A DNA stretch of 64,000 nucleotides from Zancudomyces culisetae HAW-14-8 (taxonomy: Eukaryota > Fungi > Kickxellomycota). Where the stretch lies: contig JBNJNM010000011.1 in NCBI GenBank assembly GCA_052426225.1, positions 4,154,001-4,218,000 of the forward strand. The letters run 5' to 3'. The notes under the pieces are model-generated. The model was not told the origin of the DNA. It saw nothing but the letters and a program-made list of their open reading frames with translations, and ran no database searches. The translations under genes and the position numbers were made by a program. Shown piece by piece: positions 1 to 8,093 of the stretch (positions within the stretch are counted from its first letter, which is position 1; each line of letters begins with the position of its first letter).

Positions 1-383
1 TAACCATCAGAACTAGAAAGTTTGTATCAAACCCATTGCTCTCCAGAAAGCAAATGGTTGTGGATATCATCCACCCAGGGTCAGCAGGAGTTAGCAAAAG
101 CGATATTAGAGAGAAGCTTGCATCAATGTACAAAGCAAATAAGGACGCAATCTTTGTCTTTGGTTTCAAGATCCACTTCGGAGGTGGTAAATCTACCGGT
201 TTTGCTTTAATATACGACTCGTACGAGAGTGCACTCAAATTCGAACCAAAGTATAGACTATTGAGACACGGAATCGGAGAGGCCAGAAAATCATCCCGCA
301 AACAACGCAAGGAGAGAAAGACCCGTCTCAAGAAGTTGCGTGGTACTGCCAAGACCAAGGGACCAAAGAAGGCCAAGGAATAA
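1..383 (+). CDS. RPS24: 40S ribosomal protein S24 (eS24), last exon, 5'-partial
   Basis: The frame is open from position 3: [26 protein letters not shown]...[21 protein letters not shown]...KFEPKYRL...SRKQRKERK. These are diagnostic eS24 motifs. Stop TAA at 381-383. Confidence 0.97.
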   Translation, partial: TIRTRKFVSNPLLSRKQMVVDIIHPGSAGVSKSDIREKLASMYKANKDAIFVFGFKIHFGGGKSTGFALIYDSYESALKFEPKYRLLRHGIGEARKSSRKQRKERKTRLKKLRGTAKTKGPKKAKE

Positions 384-599
384 ACTGTTATTTTATTCTT
401 TTGTTTACTTTTTAATTTTTTGTTTTATTTATCAACATAAAATAAACACCTGTTTTAAACTTTATGTTTAAATGTGTATGCGTCTATGGTTAAAGATGCG
501 TACAACTTGTGAAAGCAATGCTCTATCTTGACTCCCATCAGAAGTGTTTTCTTGACTTGTAGATTGATGAGTGTGTTGTATACACCCATTATCAATCTG

Positions 600-839
600 A
601 AATATGATTTACCTACAACTTATATATCCCGAGCATAAGCAGAGGCATATAGCGATAGGGAGGATAAGAACAGGTAGGTTCTGAACAGCAGAGAGGCTGG
701 TAAAGTTGGAGACAGTAGATGAAAAGTTCAAGACCAGGTGCCCATTTTGTAAAAAAAAAACAGCGCAGAAACCATTGAACATATTCTACTGGACTGTAAA
801 TACTCGCTGGAGTTAGGTATAAAACTCTGGAACGTATCC
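600..839 (+). mobile_element. Decayed, 5'-truncated LINE (ORF2 C-terminal region), left part; interrupted by the younger element
   Basis: Translates as YLQLIYPEHKQRHIAIGRIRTGRF*TAERLVKLETVDEKFKTRCPFCKK, then after a frameshift ETIEHILLDC. This aligns to DLQAAFPQYMKHILFVGRIRIGQFWTATRLANSGFIDPDYKAKCPFCKKEEKETVEHYLLDC in the neighbouring intact ORF2. The left boundary is approximate. Confidence 0.9.
826..839 (+). repeat. Left target-site duplication TCTGGAACGTATCC
   Basis: An identical 14-mer lies at 6819-6832, directly after the poly(A) tail. Confidence 0.95.
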
Positions 840-959
840 AGGGAAGATTTTATACACTATAGTACTTCATTTTTTAAAAAATTGAAAAATATAGCGATAT
901 CGACTATTGACAGCGACTAAAATCACACAACATCTTAAATAAAATATTACCTTTAAAAC

Positions 960-1125
960 AAGCCTAAAAACATTAAAAACCATAAGAAAAAAAAAGATAT
1001 ATAGCAATAAAAAAACATAAGAAAAAACATAAAAAGATAACAAAAAGATAACAAAAAAAGTTATAAAAAACCCAAAAAACATAGTAAAAAGTACCCAAAA
1101 GGTCATAAAAAACTCATAAAAAACA
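960..1125 (+). repeat. Degenerate A-rich tandem units (AAAAAACATAA-like) in the LINE 5' UTR
   Basis: Recurrent aaaaacatt / aaaaaacataa / aaaagataac units, seen directly. Confidence 0.6.
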
Positions 1126-1247
1126 CGTCTAAACCGAGATTAGTACTGATCTCAACACATTTAGTCCAACTGAACATAAATTTAAACCCAAATCTACCAA
1201 ATTTAACTGATCCAAAAACAAAAAAACCAAGAAACGTCTGCGAAGAT

Positions 1248-2879
1248 ATGGCATCAACGCAGACGAAAGAAAAGTCTTACGCGCAAACTGCGCAAAGTGG
1301 CAGCTACCAAGCTGCAAGGGGAGGAAGAGCGGTGCTCTACCAACAATACTCCGTCCTATACTGGGTCGATGAGAGACCCAATGTAGGAAACATGATGGTA
1401 TGCAGAACTAGAGATGAGCGAAAATTCGCCATCAGAACTAGAAGTATCAATGAGAACTATGACGCGGCAGTGAGAGAGATATCTGATACCTTAAAAGATT
1501 TTGAAATCTCATTTGACCAAGATAGAGAAAGAGGCGTCCTGTTTGTCTGGTTCACAACACTGGAAGAAGCAGAAGAGGCCAGAAAAATTGAGGAAACAAT
1601 AACAGGAAAGGAGCTAAACCTGTATAACACTTTCCAACATTCAGAAAAGACGAAGGTGGTAACTATACCATCCTTTAAGAATGATGAAATACATGGCTTT
1701 GTGAAGAATTTGTACGAAGAGCTAAGTCAGTATGGTGAAGTTGCAGATATAATGGCACTGAGGGTGCCGGGCAACAACCATTTCTTTGTCAATAGCTTAA
1801 AAGTATTGATTAAGATGCACGACTTAGCCATATTGCCCACCACGTTAGTAGTAAAAGATGAGAAGGTCAATCTTATCTGGGATGGGGCCCCAGCTTCATG
1901 CACATACTGCAAGAAGGAAGGCCACTGGAAAAGCGAGTGCCCTGAACTGGCAAAACTAAGGAAAAGAGGCAGACCGGACAAGTACAGGGAGATGATGAAC
2001 ATCATCGAAAAAGGCAAAAACCAGATCGAACAAGAGCGACAAAAAGGGAGCGAACAAGAAAATCAAAAAGTAAAGGAAAGAACAAAAGAAAAGGGACGGG
2101 TAAAAGACCAAGCCTCAGCACAACCACAACCACAAGAACAGAAGGGAAAACAAAAAAAAGATCGAGTCTCAGCTCAACATCAGGAGCAGAAAGAGGTACA
2201 ACAAGAAAAAGAAATGGTGAACACAAATTTTATTGATAACTACGAAAACCTTATGGATGAAGGATACGACTCGGAAATACAAAAAAAAAAGCAAGAACAA
2301 GATGAAGAGGAAGTTCTAAGACAAGAACATGAGCTGAAACAAGAAAACATGGAAGTGGAAAATATTATTAATGATGTTCTTTTTAATAACAACATAATCA
2401 GGAAAAAAACAAACACACAAAAATATAAAATATTGAAACAAAAAACAAACAAAAAAAACAACAAACAAAAGAAAGTTAAAGAGGACAAAGCATTCTTAAT
2501 ACTCGCGCAGAAGATTGCAAATAAAGAAAAGGAGGAAGCTATAAGAACCGAAATAAATATACTTACGTTGGAAGGGGAAGTGGCAATGGAAACACAACCA
2601 CAGGAGCAACAACAAGCACGGGAACAACACCAAGTACAAGAACAACACCAAGTACAAGAACAACACCAAGTACAAGAACAACACCAAGTACAAGAACAAC
2701 AGCAAGCACAGGAACAGAATCAAACGCAAAACCAGCAAGAGGCACCACACGGCGAGGCGGAAGACAGCGGAACCGGAAAACCTCCGGATCAAGACAACAG
2801 CAATCAAATCGGTCCCAGCATCCATGATGCGGAGATGGAGGAAGACCCTCCTTCATCTCCGATAAATGTAATGGATTAA
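1248..2879 (+). CDS. LINE ORF1: nucleic-acid-binding protein with RRM-like domains and a CCHC zinc knuckle
   Basis: 543 aa. RRM-like segments (GVLFVWFTTLEEAEEA; LSQYGEVADI), knuckle CTYCKKEGHWKSEC, and a Q/E/K-rich tail ending near GKPPD. Confidence 0.9.
   Translation: MASTQTKEKSYAQTAQSGSYQAARGGRAVLYQQYSVLYWVDERPNVGNMMVCRTRDERKFAIRTRSINENYDAAVREISDTLKDFEISFDQDRERGVLFVWFTTLEEAEEARKIEETITGKELNLYNTFQHSEKTKVVTIPSFKNDEIHGFVKNLYEELSQYGEVADIMALRVPGNNHFFVNSLKVLIKMHDLAILPTTLVVKDEKVNLIWDGAPASCTYCKKEGHWKSECPELAKLRKRGRPDKYREMMNIIEKGKNQIEQERQKGSEQENQKVKERTKEKGRVKDQASAQPQPQEQKGKQKKDRVSAQHQEQKEVQQEKEMVNTNFIDNYENLMDEGYDSEIQKKKQEQDEEEVLRQEHELKQENMEVENIINDVLFNNNIIRKKTNTQKYKILKQKTNKKNNKQKKVKEDKAFLILAQKIANKEKEEAIRTEINILTLEGEVAMETQPQEQQQAREQHQVQEQHQVQEQHQVQEQHQVQEQQQAQEQNQTQNQQEAPHGEAEDSGTGKPPDQDNSNQIGPSIHDAEMEEDPPSSPINVMD
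2622..2693 (+). repeat. 18-bp tandem repeat GAACAACACCAAGTACAA x4 (EQHQVQ) in ORF1
   Basis: Four perfect copies, flanked by degenerate units. Confidence 0.95.
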
Positions 2880-2985
2880 CATCCTATTCAAGTAACAGAA
2901 TTACATCATTATAACAACAACAACACAAACAAAAATAACAACAAATATCATAACTGATAAACTACTGGTACTCAACATACCAGAA

Positions 2986-5900
2986 TTGTCTCAGAAAACT
3001 GTAAAATATTTTTTTTCGTTCATCACAAAAATCGAAAAAAAAAATCTACACGTCAAAAAAATTAAACAGAAAAATAAATCTTACCGCTTCGAAATCCAAA
3101 AAATCGATATGTCCTTGATTCGATTGTCCGCCCTAAAAAAATTGGAGTTGGAAAAAAAATTAAAGTGTATACTAAAAGTTGAAGAAAATAAAAATGAAAG
3201 AGAGAAAAATTTAAAAAACAAAAAAACAAAAAATTTATACCAAAAAAAAATTGAAAAAAAAAATGAAAAAATTAACCTAAAAATAATGACATACAACGTA
3301 TGCTCAATAAAAAATAAAAAATATGAATTAGATTATTTTTTAACCAAAGTAAATCCAACCATACTATGCTTGCAGGAGACCCACCTGCAGGAGAAGTCTG
3401 GGAGGATGAACATAAATGGCTACACATGTGTAGAGTCAAAAAGGCCGACACTAAAGACGGGTTCTGGTCTTCTAGTGGGGGTAAAAAAAAATATTGGCTG
3501 GCACATAGAGGAGTATAAAAATAATAATACCTGGATGGCCGCAAAAATACATGGATATACAGAAAAGGAGCATAAAAGACTGGAAGTGATGGTAGTGAAT
3601 GTACACACGCCACACAAACCAAAAGAAAGAACTATGATGAAGAAGGAGGTAGAGGACTTTATCAACAAGGAATACGGGAAAAATAAGGAAATAAAAATAA
3701 TACTATGCGGCGACTTCAATATGAGGACAAGTATAGTAACCCCTTGGCTAAAAAAACTCAGGTGTATAGTCAGGAGAGCCCCGACAAGGAAACGAAGCGG
3801 GACAAGGATAACAAAAAAGCGACTGAAGAACACCATCGACCACATCTTTTATACCCCCACAGTAGGACAATTCGTGACAACAAAACTACACAAAAAAATT
3901 GACCTCAGCGACCATCTGGCTATTACAGCCAACTTTACCATTGAGGAAATTAAACCAGAGCAGCAAAAAAAAATTGTCAACCGGAAACTATTGGACCAAA
4001 AATCAGAACTGTTCAGAACTCACAATAAATTTTCAATTTTGACATCTCTTAACGAAACTGACGAACTAATCAGTGAAACCGTCAATGAGACTAAAAAATT
4101 GATGGATAAGATGACAAGAAAAAATAATCCAAACCCAAAAAATAATGAGAAATTGGCCGAAAAAAATTCCGAAGCCAAAAAAAATCAACATTTTTTAAGT
4201 AAAAAAACGCGAAAAATGATCAAACTTCGTTGCAAATTGTTCAAAAAAATGCTCAGAACTTGTGATGAACACGAGAAAGAGCTGTTTTATAATGACTACG
4301 TCCAGATGAAGTCCAAAACTACAAAACTGATCAAAAGTGACCAAAAATTACATAAAAAAAAGGAGTTAGTTAAACTATGCGAACACATCAAAGGCAATGA
4401 TGCCAAGACGATGTGGAGATGGTTAAAAATGAGGGCTCTAAATAAAAAATCTGTTTTCAATAATGGAGGAGTCCTGGATGAATCAGGAAGGGAGATAACA
4501 GAGGAAGCAGAAAAACTCAAAGTATGGATAAAACATTTCTACAAGCTATCGAAGAATGAAAACTCAGCATTAAACACAATCCCAGAAGAAAGAGAGGAGG
4601 AAGTGGACTACTTCAGAGAATGCGACGAAGAGCCAACATGGACAGAAATAAAAGAAGCACTCAAGGAGACACCGAGAAATAAAGCAGCTGGAGAGGATGG
4701 CATTCCAAGCGAAGTTTGGAAAAGTACACAAAGCGATGATGATGCAGAATCGGAACTTGCAGTACTTTTATTAACCATAATTAAAAAATTCTGGAATAAT
4801 CCAAAGTTAAACAGTGAAAACAATACTAGCGTAATCGTTCCTATCTTCAAAAAAGGAAACACTAAAGACCCAAACAATTATAGGGGGATTTCGCTAATCC
4901 CAACCATAACCAAACTTATAGCTAAAATAGTCGCTAATAAATTAAGATTAATAGATAATAGACATATATTATTAGCAAAAGAGCAAGCGGGATTCAGAAC
5001 ACTGGAGGAATGCGTAGCTCAAGCTACAGCTCTATACGAAATTATAAAAAGGCGAAAAATTAATAATACAAAAACCATAATTTGTTTTATTGATTTTGAA
5101 AAAGCCTACGACAAAGTGCAACACAATTTATTATTCAAAAAATTAAAAATGAACAAAATAAATGGTAAATTGCTAACAGTAATTAAAGAATTATACGCTA
5201 ACGCAAAGATAAAAGTGAGGGTAGGAAATGGATTATCGGAGGCGATGAACTTCGAAAGAGGTGTTCGCCAAGGATGCCCAGCCTCACCAATGCTTTTTGA
5301 TATTTTTATCAACGATATATTTGAAGGAATGGAGGGAATAGAAGTGCCAGGGATTCAAGAAAAAATTCCGGGACTACTATTTGCAGACGATACAGTTTTA
5401 TTGTCAGACACTCCAGAACAGATGCAAGAAGCACTTAACATGATGCAGCAATGGTGTCAGAAGTGGGACATGAAGGTGAATGCTAGCAAGAGTGCGATTA
5501 TGACAGTTGAAGCAGTGAATAGAACAAGCGACGAAAATAACAATAATATTGAAATTACGATTCCAGAATACTTTTTGGGAAGTGCAAAAGTACCAGAAGT
5601 AGATGAATATAAATACTTGGGTGTTATATTCAATAAATATTGGAATAACAAGCTACACATACAGGAGAGGAAAGAAAAAGTACAAAGAGCAACCATGAGC
5701 AACTACTATCTACTCAAAGACAGAAATACACCACTGTTGATGAAAAAGATGGTAATTAGGTCGATAGTCATTGCGGTCGCTAGTTATGGAGGTGAAATGT
5801 TCGGCATGTCTGAAGCAAGGGTAAAACCGATACAGCAAGCCGTGGACAACACATTGAGAATAGCCATGGGAGTGGGCAGATCGACATGCATGAGGAGATT

Positions 5901-6732
5901 GCGAGAAGAATTAAATATAACAGATATTTACAGTAGAACGACCAGAGCTAGAGACAGAGCATTCCACAAATGGAGTGGCATGAAAACATGGATAGCAGAT
6001 TTAATACAGAACCCCTTCAAACACTCGAAGGACACTTGGGTCACAGGGTACACAAGGTGGTCTAACAGATTCAACAGGATCAAGATTGACAATTCACCAA
6101 CCGGAGAGGTAAGAAAAACCAAAGAGACACTCGAGATAAACAACAGGCTGAAAGACAAGTCGAATATTACAAAGTGGATAAAGGAAGTTGGAGCAGGCCG
6201 ACAAAGGAATTGGGTCGACTTACAAGCGGCCTTTCCACAGTACATGAAACACATTCTTTTCGTAGGTCGAATTCGAATAGGTCAATTCTGGACCGCCACG
6301 AGATTAGCAAATTCGGGTTTTATAGATCCAGATTACAAAGCCAAATGTCCGTTCTGTAAGAAAGAAGAAAAAGAAACAGTTGAACATTACCTATTAGATT
6401 GCAGCAGATGGGACGAAATTAGGAAGGATTTACTTACTGAATTTATAGATTTTTATAGTTCTTTTTTATCTAGCACGATTTCCGAGTGTGTTGAGCTTCG
6501 CAGGAAAATCGTGGGTAAACTCCTGGGGGAGGAGTTAAAGCTCAAACTACCTGGGATTCTTCGAGATCCAAACGCCACTTGCGTTAGAGCAGTGGTTTCC
6601 ACAGCCCGGTTTCTTAACGAGACCTTTTTACCTCGCTACCTAGTGTTGAAAGACATTAGTGTAGTCCCACTCCCCTTGAACCAATGCCCATCGGGTACGG
6701 AGACTCTAGAGAGTCGAAGGGGAATAGGATGA
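2986..6732 (+). CDS. LINE ORF2: AP endonuclease, reverse transcriptase and C-terminal zinc finger (start uncertain: frame opens at 2896, first ATG at 3109)
   Basis: APE motifs MTYNV, LCLQETH, CGDFN, IDHI, SDH. RT motifs KAAGEDGIP, NYRGISL, QAGFR, FIDFEKAYDKV, GVRQGCPASP, LFADD, YKYLG. Zinc finger CPFC-x9-H-x4-C. Confidence 0.97.
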   Translation: MSQKTVKYFFSFITKIEKKNLHVKKIKQKNKSYRFEIQKIDMSLIRLSALKKLELEKKLKCILKVEENKNEREKNLKNKKTKNLYQKKIEKKNEKINLKIMTYNVCSIKNKKYELDYFLTKVNPTILCLQETHLQEKSGRMNINGYTCVESKRPTLKTGSGLLVGVKKNIGWHIEEYKNNNTWMAAKIHGYTEKEHKRLEVMVVNVHTPHKPKERTMMKKEVEDFINKEYGKNKEIKIILCGDFNMRTSIVTPWLKKLRCIVRRAPTRKRSGTRITKKRLKNTIDHIFYTPTVGQFVTTKLHKKIDLSDHLAITANFTIEEIKPEQQKKIVNRKLLDQKSELFRTHNKFSILTSLNETDELISETVNETKKLMDKMTRKNNPNPKNNEKLAEKNSEAKKNQHFLSKKTRKMIKLRCKLFKKMLRTCDEHEKELFYNDYVQMKSKTTKLIKSDQKLHKKKELVKLCEHIKGNDAKTMWRWLKMRALNKKSVFNNGGVLDESGREITEEAEKLKVWIKHFYKLSKNENSALNTIPEEREEEVDYFRECDEEPTWTEIKEALKETPRNKAAGEDGIPSEVWKSTQSDDDAESELAVLLLTIIKKFWNNPKLNSENNTSVIVPIFKKGNTKDPNNYRGISLIPTITKLIAKIVANKLRLIDNRHILLAKEQAGFRTLEECVAQATALYEIIKRRKINNTKTIICFIDFEKAYDKVQHNLLFKKLKMNKINGKLLTVIKELYANAKIKVRVGNGLSEAMNFERGVRQGCPASPMLFDIFINDIFEGMEGIEVPGIQEKIPGLLFADDTVLLSDTPEQMQEALNMMQQWCQKWDMKVNASKSAIMTVEAVNRTSDENNNNIEITIPEYFLGSAKVPEVDEYKYLGVIFNKYWNNKLHIQERKEKVQRATMSNYYLLKDRNTPLLMKKMVIRSIVIAVASYGGEMFGMSEARVKPIQQAVDNTLRIAMGVGRSTCMRRLREELNITDIYSRTTRARDRAFHKWSGMKTWIADLIQNPFKHSKDTWVTGYTRWSNRFNRIKIDNSPTGEVRKTKETLEINNRLKDKSNITKWIKEVGAGRQRNWVDLQAAFPQYMKHILFVGRIRIGQFWTATRLANSGFIDPDYKAKCPFCKKEEKETVEHYLLDCSRWDEIRKDLLTEFIDFYSSFLSSTISECVELRRKIVGKLLGEELKLKLPGILRDPNATCVRAVVSTARFLNETFLPRYLVLKDISVVPLPLNQCPSGTETLESRRGIG
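6671..6723 (+). other. Predicted three-way-junction RNA structure at the LINE 3' end, overlapping the last ORF2 codons
   Basis: P1 TCCCCTT/AAGGGGA, P2 TGCCC-atc-GGGTA, P3 GACTC-taga-GAGTC. The same fold with compensatory changes occurs at 7059-7109. Confidence 0.75.
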
Positions 6733-6818
6733 GTTTAGAATATAGATTGTTTTTATTTTTTAGGAACTGTTTATTTTCTAAATAAATTTTTTTTTCTACC
6801 GAAAAAAAAAAAAAAAAA

Positions 6819-6832
6819 TCTGGAACGTATCC
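6819..6832 (+). repeat. Right target-site duplication TCTGGAACGTATCC
   Basis: Identical to 826-839. Confidence 0.95.
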
Positions 6833-7198
6833 CAGATATGTCAATTATAGGAAGTGAGGAGAGAGGTAGTAGTGAAGGATGGCGAGACTTTTTTGTAGGG
6901 CGACTCCTTGGAGGGGAGTCAAAAAGAATGGTTACTCTCTCCGTTAAGAAGAGAGAAACCGAAGCATCGTCCTTGGTTGAGCTGGTAACAGCGTAATTTT
7001 TGGACGGAATATGTCGAACGAGGATGCAAGTCTTAGACCGAATTAAATTAGAAAAAACCTCCTCGAACCAACGCCCGGTGGGTATGGAGTCCCTAGAGGG
7101 ACGGAGGAGATTTTTTAGGTAGATATTGTGTAGGATTATTTTTTGTAGCTTTACATTGTGTTTACTTAACAAGTTAACAGTAAAAAATAAAACAAAAC
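6819..7198 (+). mobile_element. Decayed LINE, right part (ORF2 C-terminus, 3' UTR, eroded A-rich tail)
   Basis: Translates as LERIPDMS...FFVGRLLGGE...VELVTA*FL...NQRPVGMESLEGRRRFFR*. This aligns to IVGKLLGEE...VVSTARFL...NQCPSGTETLESRR in the intact ORF2 and is collinear with 600-839. Confidence 0.9.
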
Positions 7199-8093
7199 TG
7201 CATCTTGAACTTGGAATTATTTTTTTTTCGCTGGTTAATTTCAAAAGAAAGCGCAGACTTATGCCATCTATCTAATTATGGCTAATATTTGTAGTAGTCT
7301 ATGTAGAGCCTTTTGTTGAAAGGCGATAAAGTGTGTGAATTTGCGTTTACACAATTATTGATAACTTTTCCCTAGTTATTGCAGCTTTGTAATCCAATTC
7401 GGTTAAAATCACAGAATTATATCATTCCTTCAATTAATTTTACATAATATATGTTTTATTTATACATTACCATAACTTTTTTGATAATAAATTTCCGCTT
7501 CTAGCTTTTTTTTTTTGAATTTGAAGCTAGAAACCATGGCATAAATGCTTTGTATACCAGCCAAAAGCAATAAAATGCTAACAGTTCGTGTAAGCTTTTG
7601 CAGTTTAGTTTAAACTAGATTTAAAAATAAGTGCTGAAGTGAACTTTTTTTTTCAACAAAAAACGCCTATATACCAATGCTATTTAAGGAAACGGCAATT
7701 CTTATGTATGTTTTGCCATTAAGTTTGGTTTTCAGCATTATATATTTATTGTAATTAAGAAGATGACATAGCCTCTGTGCTTAGAGCAGTAGGTGCTTAA
7801 TCAACAAGCATATTAATTTTATATCAATTGCAAAAAACACTAAAAATAAAACTTCATGGTTACTGCTGTTCAAGCACACGTAAATTAGAAGCGAAATAGC
7901 AGCTATTTCATAAACTTTCTGTCTTGAGATATATATATATACTAAGATACAGATGTTCTAATTGAAGCTGATGCTGTTATTTTTCACTATTTCCATTTAT
8001 TTCATTTAAAATAACAAAAGTTGCATATGGTTTTATAGAGAATAATAAATATTACTCGTAGTGGCTTAAAATATAACAAAGGGTTAGAAGAAA

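Larger units (their letters stand above)
840..6818 (+). mobile_element. Full-length non-LTR retrotransposon (APE-type LINE, two ORFs, no RNase H); clade not resolved (L1/Tx1- or RTEX-like architecture)
   Basis: A-rich 5' UTR (840-1247), uninterrupted ORF1 and ORF2, AATAAA at 6781-6786, A17 tail at 6802-6818 and a perfect 14-bp TSD. Confidence 0.96.

Noticed and set aside
867-1106. Hydrophobic F/L/V-rich minus-strand ORF
   Set aside because: It is the reverse complement of the A-rich LINE 5' UTR, so the apparent TM character is a compositional artefact.
6671-6723. Hammerhead ribozyme interpretation of the LINE three-way junction
   Set aside because: No CUGANGA, GAAA or NUH core on either strand.
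6771-7244. 157-aa minus-strand ORF
   Set aside because: Antisense shadow of the decayed LINE 3' end; the homology lies on the + strand.
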